From Octopus vulgaris (taxonomy: Eukaryota), in assembly GCA_951406725.2 (NCBI GenBank), contig OX597815.1, positions 113,646,001 through 113,710,000 of the forward strand: a stretch of 64,000 nucleotides of DNA, given 5' to 3'. The position numbers were made by a program, and so were the translations under genes. Shown here piece by piece: positions 24,326 to 37,005 of this stretch; within the stretch, counting starts at the first letter, position 1, and each line of letters starts with the position of its first letter. The notes beneath the pieces were generated by a model. The model did not search any database. It was not told the DNA's origin and was given only the letters and a program-made list of their open reading frames with translations.

Positions 24326-25921
24326 AATTGATAGTGATATTTAATAATCTATAGTTATCTGTTTCTAATATTATTTAATAGAATTCAAAACCATGTGATA
24401 TTTATCTGTAGACTAATTTCATCTCTTCTTTATAAAGAAATATGAAATGCTTTTATTAAACTACTGCTTTTTATCAATACATGTATTATGAGATATGAAT
24501 TTCTAACATCAATTATGCAACCAACCTTCAGTATTCATTTTTCTAGCAATAGGCATCATGTTCAGATCATATTCAAAGAATATGGGTTATAACAATGATT
24601 AACTAGAAGTAGCACATTTAATCTATGAATATTCACAAGTAACCTGTACAAAGTTGTACAGTAATTGCATGTTTAAAGAATACTAGATTAGCTTAACTTG
24701 GAAAGTCTTTATTTATTTAAAAAGTGAAGTATGATGCATTACAGGTAATGTACCGTATGGTAGGGAAATCTGGGTTTTTGGTGTTGTTTGTTTGCAATCT
24801 CTGGAGATGAATTATGAATACTAGTCACTAAAACTGTAATATGAGTCTACAAAGAGATAAGTTATACTTAAAATGAGCCAAGAAAAACAACCGGGAACTA
24901 AAGGCATCAAATGTTTCTGGCAAGAGACAGAAAAATTGAAGTGAGGAGATTTTTACTTCATGATAACATTGATATTATCAGGGATTATTTTTCATATTTA
25001 GTTGTTTTAAACTGATTTCTCTGTATGCTTTGAAAATATTTTTACAAAATTACCATGAAGTTTGATTTATGTCATTTCTGTATAGAAATAACTTATTTGG
25101 ATTAAAGTTTTATTCTCTTCATATTATCCTTATTTTTGGCTAAAAGCCAATTGAAAATTGCAAGTGTTTCTTTTTCTGATCACTTCTGTATTCATCTGTA
25201 ATTTTGACTGATGTTCATAACACTTTTGTATTTTTAAGTGAAGTCCACTAACTTGATTCTGTTGCTATTCTCTTGGTTCCTCATACAAAGTAAAAATATT
25301 CAACTACACATGCCATATGTTTTCTAATGTTGCTTTTTCAAAGAAATTCTTGTATATTTGTTTGGCAGAACTGGCTTTTTGCCTAGTCTTAAGACGTCAT
25401 TGTTGTAGTTAAAGGTTTAAATATTTTGTTGTTTACATATTTATTTTAGGGCAATTGGATGCACACATAGCCATATGGTGGGGAAGTTTACTTGAGATGA
25501 CATGATTTCAAATTCAGTATTATTGCATGATTGGTTTAGAAGTTTGCAACCATTGTCTCAGGTTTGATTTCATTATGTGGTTCTTCAACTAAGTGTCTTT
25601 TATAATAGCCTTGGGTCAACTCAAACCTTGGAAGTAAAATTTGTTATGTTGTGCAGAATCCTGTCAAATGGCCTAGTTCCTTTACTCAGGAGATATTTAA
25701 CTTATTGCTTGGTTTTAACACCACTGTCTGGCTTTGTGAGTATTGTTGTGGAATTCGCTTTGTTGCAAGCATCTGAACCAGGTCTCCAGTCTGAGGATAA
25801 CCAATGAGTCATAGTTTCCTACTCTGACTAAGCCATTAAAAAAATGTTACTGTTGTTGAATTCTGTTTCTTGTCAACCGCTCAGTCACGCGAGGCTTGTT
25901 TCCATCAGGCCAATACAGTAA

Positions 25922-26070
25922 CCTTTTTGTTACCATATTTCTATTGAAGTATACAGTCTTTGTTTCAATTAATTTTGAAAATAATGAAGTATTTTGTAAA
26001 ACAATTTTCATTATCAAGCTAGTGTTTAGAACATAAATTAACATGAAATTTTGAGAGGTTTAATTTAGAA
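25922..26070. mobile_element. piggyBac MITE family 1, truncated
   Basis: CCTTTTTGTTACCATATTTCTATTGAA..TTCAATTAATTTTGAAAATAATGAAG matches 36803 and 54906. Confidence 0.75.
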
Positions 26071-27869
26071 CATATGTTGGTTTTGTTTTTATAATCAATT
26101 TGCAAGATTCTTGATATAAACTTGTGAGTTGAAATAGATTTTGACATATCTCAAGAGGGTCACTGTGCCAATAATAAACACACAGTGTTTAATTTCACTT
26201 CTTTATCATTCATTAGTTGGTTAACTATTTAACCAATCAACCAATTGAATGATTAATCATTTGGTTAATCAGTCAGTCAGTTGTTTTTGCCAGAGTCCGT
26301 TTATTGCCATTTGTGACCACTTTAATGATATGCCCTCTCTACTCCAGGTCAGCTTTAAACCTGAAGCCGTAATTAGAGATGCCACACTATTATTATAGCA
26401 AGAAGAATTTGAGCTCTTGACCATGAAATAGAAAATCAAACTCATAACCCTTTCATTTATATGGGAATTTACTGACTGTATTTTTTCTTTTCTCTAAACA
26501 GGACATAATAACAACCAGTATCATCATCATCATTATCATAATTTTTTTTTACATTTGTGATTCCATTGTGGCATAGGTCAGATAGATTGTCATAGTCTGC
26601 CCCAGCTTATGCAAACAACAACTTAGAAAACTATTCGGATTTGGTGTTGTGTGTATGTGTTAGTGTGGACTTAATATTTCATCAAGCTACCAATACTAGA
26701 GTGATTGTCTCATATGAGGAGGACTAAAGGGTTCCATATTCCCTGTAGCTGTTCTTGTTGAAAATTACAGTCCTCCTGGACAGGTATCCTAAAATGCAAC
26801 TTTCAGAGCTTATGTCCTGCTCATACATTCCATTTTGATGTCTTCTGTGGTTAGATGCACTTCCTATGAACAACCACTTTTCACAGTGTACTTGGTGCAT
26901 ATTTTGGTTCCAAAGATTGTCTCATGCTAAGAGAACTTATCTCCTTGGCTATGGAAAAGTTTATGTTCAGAGTCACTGCTCTCTCAGATAGGTAGCCTGT
27001 AATGTGGCTTGTGTGGTCCATATCAATATAGAAGGAGAAGGCTTTAGCTACTGAATTGTGTGTGAGTGTGTGTGTGTGGTAGGAACATGATGTGATCTGA
27101 AGTTCTTTGCTTAAAAGTTGTCTCTGTTATGTGGTGAAAGGTAGGGAGGAAGAGGTTACAAAAGTGTCATGGCTGGAAGTAAGTCTATAGTGCTACATAG
27201 AGGAACTTATCAAGAAGTTGAAGTAAAGTTGTCACACTTAGTTAAGAAAGGCATTTGAAGAGTACCATCCCATATACTGTTCTGACACTGTATCACAAAA
27301 CATTCTACTATGTTTCAAAATAAATGATATACATATATGTTATGGTATATGAATGTGTTATAAAAATAGCATTGCTTGTCTCATCCTTATTTTTCATCTT
27401 TAACCCCCCCTCCCCCCAAAAAACCCATTCTTTTAAATTCATTCCATCAGGAATTTTCATCCATTTTCTTTCAGCTGTAAAAGCCAAGCAAAGCAACATA
27501 TAAGCTGCTTTAGCTGTGAGACCATATTAAAAGTGAGACATTTATGAGAAGCTCAATATACCATTCCGTACTGTGTTGAAACTAAAATAATTTGTAATAC
27601 AAAGTATTCTAACATTGTAGTTTGATTCTAAAGATAAATTGGAAAACAAACAAACAAACAAGCAAAAAAATCTAATGGAAAGTAATTTACTCAGATGTGG
27701 AAATATGTTGAAAACAATACAATTTTTGTTAGCATATAGTAAGCATAAAAAAAATCTAATCAAAATTATGCTGTGAGGAAAAGATGACATTTTGGTAGTT
27801 ACAGAAGATAACTTTGGATATGCTTCATTGTTATTAGACCTCCTCAATGGATCATGAACTTATCTACTT

Positions 27870-28389
27870 CAGTGGTTCTCAAACTGGGGTCCATGGTCCC
27901 CTAGGTGACTGTGAAGTGATTTTTGGGGGCCATGAAGGGATGCTGAAGTATTGTGAAAATGGAGTGGCTTGAGACAGTTAAATTTTAAAATTTCAAGACT
28001 TTGGATTTTTCACTTGCTATCATCCTTTTTTGTCGTTGGCCTCAAAAACTCACATCACTTCTACTCACTCATTTGCTAATCACACTTGTACAACAAGTGT
28101 GATTGGCTGATAAAAAATATGCAGGTATAACAGTTGATCATGCATGTGTATTTTTCGTTTTCATCTGTTTTGTAACCATTTGATCAACTGATTCCCCATA
28201 TTTTCATGTGTATTTATTGTTTACCCGGATTAAGTTGTGGTTTTTGGGGTTGTGGATCTATGGATAGTACCGTTCATAGTCTTGAAATTACAGTTATCAA
28301 ATGTCATTTTTTTTACCATGTTGATTACCCTGCATTTTATAGGGGACTACAAATCAGCCAAAAAACTTTGTAAAGTTTGAGAACCACTG
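27870..28389. mobile_element. Non-autonomous hAT (Charlie/MER5-like TIR) element, 520 bp
   Basis: TIRs CAGTGGTTCTCAAACT / AGTTTGAGAACCACTG with a perfect 8-bp TSD ATCTACTT (27862-27869 and 28390-28397). Confidence 0.9.
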
Positions 28390-28741
28390 ATCTACTTGCT
28401 GAAGCTGTGAGAGAGAATCACTAAGTAATGCATCATATTGTACATGAGTAGCGGGTATGTGTGGAAAATTAGCATTATTTTAAAATAATAAACCACATCA
28501 TCATCATCATCGTTTAACATCTGCTTTCCATGCTGTCATGGGTTGGACAGTTTGACTGAGGACTGACAAACCAGGAGGCTGCACCAGGCTTCAATCTGAT
28601 AATTATTAACTTTCAACTTTCCATTTTCTTTTCTTCTATCAATTGAATACGGATTATATGCCTATTATATCTATTGATTGAGGGAAATTTTAATTCCCCA
28701 AAATCCCCTTAAGAGGTTAATATATCTCTAATATATATATA

Positions 28742-30022
28742 TTGAGTTGGCAAGAAAGTAAATTCGTTTTTTGCAAATAGTTACAATTTTTTTGAATGAC
28801 TTTTGTCAGTGTTATGATTTTTTCCTTCTTACATTTGATAGCCGTTATTTTTAGCTTGCTTTAGAAGCAAATTGCATGTAGTTTTGTTTACAGCTGATAG
28901 TTTAAATCAATTTTAACATGGAGTGTATAAACGAACATTTTCACCATATTTTGCTTTTTTATTTCCGTAAAGGCAAGAAAGTTGCTGAGGCTCACAAAGA
29001 GATATGTGAAATTTATGATGTTGATTGCTTAACAGAATGCACATGTCAGAAATGGTTTACAAAATTATGCTCTGGAGATTTTTTACTCAAAGATGACCAA
29101 CGTTCTGGTCAACCTACTGAAGTTAATGACCAAATCAAAGCCATAATTGAAACTGATGGTCATATAACTGTGCAAGAGAATGCAGAGAGGTTAAATATAC
29201 AACACACAACAATTAAAAATCACTTAAAATGTCTTGAACTCATTAAGAAGCTTGATATTCAGGTTCCCCATAAATTGAAAGAGATTTACTTAACACACTA
29301 AATCAGTATTTGCAATATGCATCTCAAATGCAATGAAATCGACCATTTCTTGAAACAAATTATTACTGGTGATGAAAAGTGGATTGTCTACAATAACATC
29401 AATCAAAAATGATCATGGTCCAAGTGCAATGAACCACCACAAACCACATTGAAAGCAGAATTGCAACAAAAAAAAAAAAGATCATGCTGGCAATTTGGTG
29501 GGATTACAAAGGTGTCTCTATTTTAAGCTGCTTCCAAAGAACCAAACAATCAGTTCAGATGTTTACTGTCAACAACTAATGAAACTGGAGGAAGTAATCA
29601 AAGAAAAACTGCCAAAACTGGCAAATCGTAATGGAATTGTGTTTCACCGTGACAATGTTAGACCACACATGTCTTTGCTAACTCATGAAAAGTTATTAGA
29701 GCTTGATTAGGAAGTGATGCCACATCCACCATATAGCCCTGACCTTGCATCATGAGATTACTATTCATTTTGAAGTTTGCAAGATTCTCTGAATGGTAAA
29801 ACTTTCAATAATGATGATGATCTGAAATTACACTTGCTTCAGTTTTTGGCTGATAAGGACCAGAAGTTCTATGAGCAGGGAATCATGAAGTTGCCAGAAA
29901 GATGGCAAAAGGTCATTGAACAAAATGGAAAATATATAATTGATTAATGTTCATTCTTTGTATGAAAAAAAATGACTTTTATTTCACACTAAAAAACTGA
30001 AATTACTTTCTTGCCAAACCAT
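28742..30022 (+). mobile_element. Full-length (~1.28 kb) mariner transposon, mellifera-subfamily-like, inactive
   Basis: TIRs TTGAGTTGGCAAGAAAGTAAATTC.. and ..GAAATTACTTTCTTGCCAAACCA, flanked by TA on both sides. Confidence 0.92.
28918..29947 (+). pseudogene. Mariner DD34D transposase pseudogene (stops and frameshifts)
   Basis: EHFHHILLFYFRKGK, QVPHKL (WVPHEL), ITGDEKWIVYNN, HRDNVRPH, HPPYSPDLAS*DY and GIMKLPERWQKVIEQNGKYIID*. Confidence 0.92.
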
Positions 30023-30056
<34 letters not shown>

Positions 30057-30239
30057 CACACACACATGTATTTATGTATATATGTATAGGGCGTCTAGCT
30101 GTACAAACTATGCAAAACAGGCATGGATCCTGGGTAGCTCTCCAGCTGACCAGCTCATGTCAAACCGTCTAACCCATGCCAGCATGGAAAATGGATGTTA
30201 AATGATGATGATTATATACATACATACATACTTGCGATA

Positions 30240-30408
30240 TAAATTAATGGTAAAATATCTCTTTACCTTCACCCATTTAATATACTAGGTAATGTAATTG
30301 CAATGCAATTAAAAAGACTTGTGTATTAATAATTGGGTATTCTACCAGCAGTATATTGGATAGATGTTATCCCTTAGTGGTTTGGATTCACAATCCCTAA
30401 CTTTCTTG

Positions 30409-30465
<57 letters not shown>
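30240..30465. repeat. Second copy (inverted) of the 305-481 repeat followed by long (TA)n
   Basis: Sequence similarity to the reverse complement of 305-481. Confidence 0.7.
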
Positions 30466-30467
<2 letters not shown>

Positions 30468-33299
30468 CATTGTGTCTATTTATGTGCTGTAACTTACTGG
30501 TTTTGGTATGACTGATTAAAACCCTCAAAGACAGTTACTCAGTAAGACCATAGACCAATAATGCAAACCAGTAAAAGAATTTAATACCTTAAATTTAAAA
30601 GTGCTTGTAGAAACTTTTATGGAAAAATCTTAATATCTGTGATTAAAAGAGAAAACATTTGCATTAGTCCTAAAAACATAAGATTTATTTAAAGCAATTT
30701 TAAGATTTTATAGTAGCTTGATGACTATGCTGGTTAGTTGAGCATCGTAGATGTTCAGAACAATACAAGAATTTAATTTTTCAACAATAAGTTTTATTCT
30801 TTGTTAAAACATTTAAATTGCTTTCACTAAGCACAGTCACCATAGAATATTTTGTCCCATGCTAGATGTGCTTTTTGTAGAACCTCTAATGAATTATATG
30901 CTCTTTTTTAGGGTCATATGATGGCCAATGTGACCAAATTTTTCTTGCTCCTGTTTTTGGAGTTACTTGCTTCATTAAGGCATTTAATTAACAGTTCTAT
31001 CATCATTCCTGTATCTACTACATTTTCATTTGATTTTTGCATTTTGGCATATGTAAACATTGACCAGTATAGCAATAAAATAAATATTACATACACTTAT
31101 ATCCTGGCAAAAGGAGTAAGCTATATTAGCAGAAAATTTTGTGCCAGCTATGGAAGCTAAGAACTAACTTTGGCATTAAACAATATTTTTGTTTTCTGTC
31201 TCTGGAAATCTTCCATAGTTTTTTTATATACTTATCTCTGAATACTTTTCAGAAATAAGAAACCGGGTGGGGAAGAATGACTTGTTTGGCATTTTCTACA
31301 GTGAAATTTGCTCTAATGGTGGCCAAATTAGTTTGGAAGACATGTTCTAGTGGGCAATCAGTTCATGGAGAAATTGGATAATTTAGAATTGTGGACCTAA
31401 TGATCATAAAGTTTATATTGACATAGAATTAAATAATATAAGAGAAGTATTTGAAAGATTGCTCAGTTGCCTAGTCTGGCTTATATCAGATTTTTTTTTT
31501 TTAAAAAACAAAAGAATTATCTCTATTTTGGAAGTAAGAGTAAGCTAATGTTTCTATATAAATCTTCAATAAAATATGCAGCTACTGTAATTGAAACTTT
31601 TCAGTACTTTCCATTGTTTTTAGTATAGTATTTCGTTCAAAAGTAAATTTATTTACATTCTTGTTCCTAAAGCAATAGCATCAAACTATAATAACTACTA
31701 AATTGTGTCATGGACTAAGGTTACTGATCAAATATTATTGGAATCAGGTAAAGGTAAGTTCTCAGTGGGATAATTCTACCAGTTGATTGTAGCTATTTCA
31801 AATCATGTCTCTGAGGTTATAATGAATATATTGTAATCTCAATTTTCCATTATCCTATAAATCTGTTGTCTTTTGCCTCCATAAGAAATCATTAATAGTC
31901 ATAGAATAATGGCACTAAAATACCCCCCTTTATTTTTACTCTGCTCAGAGCCATTTAATTAATTTTCTGATTGTTACTGGAAGAGGCATATGAACAATTA
32001 TCACCTCCAAAATAACTGATATTCGCCACTAAAAATAGTCACTCGATTGGATAGAAATAGTAGTCAAATCAGCATCGTATCATGTTCTACCATCTTAAAA
32101 AATGGACTTATTAGAATAATATATTCTTAGATATATATTGTCTGAAATAAAGATGGAATAGTTGTGACTGGTACACCTTTGATTATAGGTCTGCTGTATC
32201 ACAGTTGACCTGGAGCCTAACAACAAAAGCAATAACAACTAGCAAACTTGATTATTACTATCTATTGTAGTTTTGCAATAGAACTGGCCTTCCGAGTACA
32301 GAAAAATCTGTTCTACCAAGAATATCTGCTTAAGATGACAAAAGTGCTTGAACAGTATACATCAATGTGTGCTCCATGTGGTTGTTTGCTCTGTTAGAAA
32401 TGGTAATAAAATCCATCATATCATGCCCTACCATTTTGATAAAGAAAAAGGAAGGAGAAACATTAAAGAATATTTCTTAGATATAGTGTGGCAGTGATTC
32501 GTAATCAGATTATCACAACACCCAGTGATGTCATGGACAGCAATCAACAGTATTGTGAGATTTTAAATTTATTTAGCAAAATTGACAAATAATATCTGTA
32601 ACGTGTCTTGCTGAGGGAGATGAGATTAGAGAAACATTGGAAATTAAGAACAAGACAGGATGGTCATGGTAGAGACATCTTTGATCATAAGTCTGCTTAG
32701 CCAATTAAACAGCAATAACAATAACTACCATATTTATTTATATAAATTGTGGCACCATTACTTTAGTGGCTTTAGACTTGTAGCATATTTTATATTCAGT
32801 AAAGATTTTTCTTTTTCAATTAACAAACATAGAACTCTAGAAAGAAGATAACCAAAACAGTTATAACTAATTGAAGTAGATGGTCAGTAAAGTAGAAGCA
32901 GATTAATAGCTTTTAGGAATTATACTTTTGGTTTCCAGCTGTATAATGCCTTAGGAGTATTTAAAAATGTTGTGTATCAAGATATTAAATATTATATAAA
33001 ATTGAATTTCAAAATAGATTTTAACAAGATCACCGGAGTAATGTTCAAGAAAGTCTTCAAAAAACTTTCTCTTGACATGAGGAATAAAGAATTCTTTAAA
33101 GATGTTATTAATGGGCTTTTTTAATACCATAATTGGTATATATGACATTCAAATAATTTCATTTTGTAAACATTCTATTACATCTGACTGTACAATAAAG
33201 TTCTCCATACTGCCAAATCTGAAAACCTTTTTGATCTCTTATTAATCTCAAATGGTGTATTCAGGAGCTCTCTTTTATTCTCAATGAACTCTTAAGTCT

Positions 33300-33960
33300 T
33301 TCTCTACATAGATCAATCTTTCTCTATGTGTTTCTATCAATAGAAACCTGTAATATTTCCATACACAGATCTATGTTTGTGTCCCATTTCCAAGAATCAC
33401 CAGTTCTATGATCCCCCCCTCTCCAATCTTATTTTTAACTCTCAAAGATTGTGGGAACAGTTAACAATCACCTACTTTGTTGCTTTAAGTATCTCTTTTC
33501 TCATTGGTACCATTTGGTACAATTTCAGTGTAGCTTAGCCTTTCTTAATCTTTCATGCGAGTGGTCTTTTACCTTTGAAAACTTGTGTGAAAGAAATGTT
33601 ACTGCACTTGACATTTGTAAAACTTTTAACCATAGGTGGTATGAGAACTTCCTAGCTAAGTTGGTCTTCTATGTGGCAGCATGCAGTGATGATAAGGCTC
33701 TTTCCAGGCCAGATCCTATCAACTCTGATGTAGACCAAAGGTTTCATTCTCTATACATATATATTAGCCCTTTACTCACTTAATGTTACTTCTAAACATA
33801 AAGCACTCCTATAAAAATGATACTATCCTTCTGGTTATTTGACAAAGACTCACTGACCAGCACATTATATCCACCAGCTCACAGACAGTTTTCTGTCTAT
33901 CTCTTACAATAGCCTCTGTTCTGAGTTTTAACTGAAATTTCCCTCTTTGTCTGTTTTTCT
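33300..33960 (+). mobile_element. Highly decayed LINE RT fragment (Jockey/CR1 group)
   Basis: ALDICKTFNHRWYENFLAKL resembles the RT motif ALDISKAFDRVWH.LL.KL. Downstream YNSLCSE resembles LINE C-termini, with a similar piece at about 49790-49900. Confidence 0.5.
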
Positions 33961-34439
33961 TACCAGTCACCCATCTTTACTAGTTTGAACTGAACACTAA
34001 TTGTGTTAGCTTTACTTTTTCATAAAAAAAGAAAAAAAATGTTATATTATTTTGGTATTCATTGAATTTTTTCCCAGTAAAAATAATACTAGTTTTTTCC
34101 ATTTATATTCATAAATATAAAAATAATTTTCCAATCCATGCCAACATGGAAAACGGATGTTAAATGGTGATGATGATGAATTTCAATGTAGCTTCTATTT
34201 ATTTAGGTTTTTATTATAATTAAATAAATAAAAAATAGGGCTACATATTTAACACTTGTTGAAATTTTAAAAATTATTGGAACACAAACTAACAGCTTTG
34301 TTACTTAATATGTGCAGCATTTCTTAAAAAAAAAAAAAAAATGAATGAAAATTGTTCTCATCAAATTTGTCACTTTATTCTAATATAAAATGCTTAAATT
34401 TTTAATCACTGCTATTTCTGTTTGTGTTGTTGTTTTTTT

Positions 34440-35918
34440 TAGTCCTAATAAGTAGGAAGGTGGACCAACCACAAACGACTTCAGGTAGATGGCCCTGCTC
34501 GATCTGTAAAAAAGGTGTAGGTAGAAACTCTATAAGGTGCACCAAGTGTAAGCTATGGACACATAAGAGGTGCAGCAATGTCAAAGGTAGGCTAACTGGG
34601 AAGATAGTTTTCGTATGTGGCAGATGCTCAGGAGAAATAAACACTCGAAATGTGCAGAGACCAACTTCTACCACGTTCCAGGGAGACAAACTAGAAGTAG
34701 TTGATAGCTTCCGCTACCTAGGAGACCAAGTCAGTAGCGGGGGTGGGTGTGCTGAAAGTGTAACTGCTAGAGTAAGAATAGCCTGGGCAAAGTTTAGAGA
34801 GCTCTTACCCCTGCTGGTGACAAAAGGCCTCTCGCTCAGAGTAAAAGGCAGACTGTATGATGCATGTGTACGTACAGCCATGCTACATGGTAGTGAAACA
34901 TGGGCCGTGACTGCTGAGGATATGTGTAAGCTCGCAAGAAATGAAGCCAGTATGCTCCGATGGATGTGTATTGTCAGTGTTCATAATCGTCAGAGTGTAA
35001 GTACCTTGAGAGAAAAGTTGAACCTAAGAAGCATCAGTTGTGGTGTGCAAGAGAGACGGCTGCGCTGGTATGGTCATATGACGAGAATGGCTGAAGATAG
35101 TTGTGTGCAAAAGTGCTACACCCTAGCAGTTGAGGGAACCTGTGGAAGAGGAAAGGAAAACCTGGGACGAAGTGGTGAAGCACGACCTTCGAACTTTAGG
35201 TCTCACCAAGGAAATGACTAGAGACCGAGACCTATGGAAGTATGCTGTGCGTGAGAAGACCCGGCAAGACTAGTCAGGCCATAACCCGTGGCCCCTACCT
35301 GGGACGTAGTCAGTCCACCTGTGCATACCTTCCTTCTTGTGACACTTGTGAAGACCTGTTGAGGCAAGTGAAAATCAAAATAGATGAACATCAATGGAAT
35401 TTGTATCTTTGGTACCAGTGCCGGTGGCACACAAGAAAACCATCCGAACGTGGCCGTAGCCAGTACCGCATCGACTGGCCTCCATGCTGTGGGCACGTAA
35501 CAATCACCATCCGATCGTGGCCGATCGCCAGCCTCATCTGGCTCCTGTGTCGGTGGCACATAAAAAACACCATCCGAGCGTGGTCGTCTGCTAGCCTTGT
35601 CTGGCACCTGTGTCGGTGGCACATAAAAACACCATCCGAGCGTGGCCGTTCGCCAGCCTCGTCTGGCACCTGTGTCGGTGGCACATAAAAACACCATCCG
35701 AGTGTGGCCGTTCGCCAGCCTCTTCTGGCACCTGTGTCGGTGGCACATAAAATCACCCACTACACTCACGGAGTGGTTGGCGTTAGGAAGGGCATCCAGC
35801 TGTAGAAACACTGCCAGATCTGACTGGCCTGGTGCAGCCTTCGGGCTCCCCAGACCCCAGTTGAACCGTCCAACCCATGCTAGCATGGAAAGCGGACGTT
35901 AAATGATGATGATGATGA
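34440..35918 (+). mobile_element. 5'-truncated RTE-clade LINE: RT C-terminal region with Cys-rich finger, 3'UTR with 62-bp tandem repeats, (GAT)n tail
   Basis: ORF 34424-35221 contains LEVVDSFRYLGD..ARVRIAWAKFRELLPLL..KGRLYDACVRTAMLHGSETW..ERRLRWYGH. The 3' end is AACCCATGCTAGCATGGAAAGCGGACGTTAAA(TGA)n. Confidence 0.93.
35538..35752 (+). repeat. 62-bp tandem repeat (~3.5 units) in RTE 3'UTR
   Basis: CTGGCACCTGTGTCGGTGGCACATAAAAACACCATCCGAG.. starts at 35538, 35601, 35663 and 35725. Confidence 0.9.
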
Positions 35919-35991
35919 ATGATTTTAAATAAAGAAAATTAGATTCGTCTCAACTTTTGTTTACTAGATTTCAATATTCTTTACTTTGTTG

Positions 35992-36160
35992 AGGCAGCAA
36001 ACTGGCAGAATCCTTAGGATACTGGGCAAAATACCTAACAGCATTTTGTCCATCTTTATGTTTTGAGTTTGAATTCTGCTGGGACCAACTTTGCCTTTCA
36101 TCCTTTTGTTTAACCCCTACCCCTCAGATTACTGACTTTTTGCCAAAATTTTGAAACCAG
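35992..36160 (+). mobile_element. SINE family B, diverged
   Basis: AGGCAGCAAACTGGCAGAATC..CTTTGCCTTTCATCCTTT. Confidence 0.75.
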
Positions 36161-36492
36161 TATTCTTTATTTTGTTGAACAGGTTATTGTCGCAGGTAAA
36201 ACAAATTTGCTTTAACAGATTTTTTTTAATAGAGAAATTAACATATCTGTAAAGTAAGAAAATATGTTAGATTCAGAATGTTAGCAATTGATGCTGAAGT
36301 TACTCAAAGGAATTAAATTTTACTTCTTTTTCATTTGCTTAGTCCCTTTAAGCTAAGTGAGTATAGGAGTTCAAACGTTATTGTAGTCATTTGTGCCCTT
36401 GGCCAAAGATTGTTTTCTTTACATCTTTTGATTAATACAATCTAGTCCTGCTAGATTCAGGCTGTTAGCAGTAGGAAGGGCATTAACTTTAA

Positions 36493-36713
36493 CCCTTTAG
36501 CATTCACATTATTCTGTCAAATGCAATACTTATTTATTCACATTATTTTGAAATAATATTGCATTATCTCATAGCTCTGAGATTTCCATGATGTGATTGT
36601 TGACTTTTAGAATGACACTGTCAGGTTGATGTGAGAAGTTGCATCCGGCTGGTTTGAACATAAATTAAGGTAAAATATTTGGGATGAATATGGTCGGTTT
36701 AAATGCTAAAAGG
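36493..36713. mobile_element. piggyBac-type MITE family 2 (complete)
   Basis: TTAA|CCCTTTAGCATT ... AATGCTAAAAGG|TTAA. Confidence 0.85.
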
Positions 36714-36802
36714 TTAAATACAATATATCCAATGAAAAACACTTCACTCATTAAGATATAGAGTGAAATTTAAAGGTGGGATTTAGTGTGGGAAGTGATT
36801 AA

Positions 36803-37005
36803 CCCTTTTGTTAATCTTATTTCTGTTGAAATACAGTGTTTTTGTTTCCATTAATTTTGAAAATAATGAAGAATTTAGTGAAATAATTTTGTCATTATTA
36901 AGCTGGTGTTTGGAACAAATTAACATAAAATTTTAATGGTAGGTTTTAATTTAGATCACTTTAAAACAAGAAGTTGGTATCAAAATGATTGAACTGTAAA
37001 AAGGG
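36803..37005. mobile_element. piggyBac MITE family 1, diverged
   Basis: TTAA|CCCTTTTGTTAA..; the body is a diverged reverse complement of 20824-21043. Confidence 0.75.

Noticed and set aside
27700-27860. Minus-strand EAYPKLSSVTTKMSSFPHS resembling an hAT C-terminal dimerisation motif
   Set aside because: Too short and degenerate to support without a profile search.
35538-35752. Regularly spaced repeats resembling a CRISPR array
   Set aside because: The whole 62-bp unit repeats with no unique spacers, it lies in a LINE 3'UTR, and there are no cas genes in this eukaryotic context.
35218-35902. Overlapping ORFs of 86-222 aa (also 12555-13149)
   Set aside because: They arise from GC-rich tandem repeats in the RTE 3'UTR, which are open in several frames on both strands.
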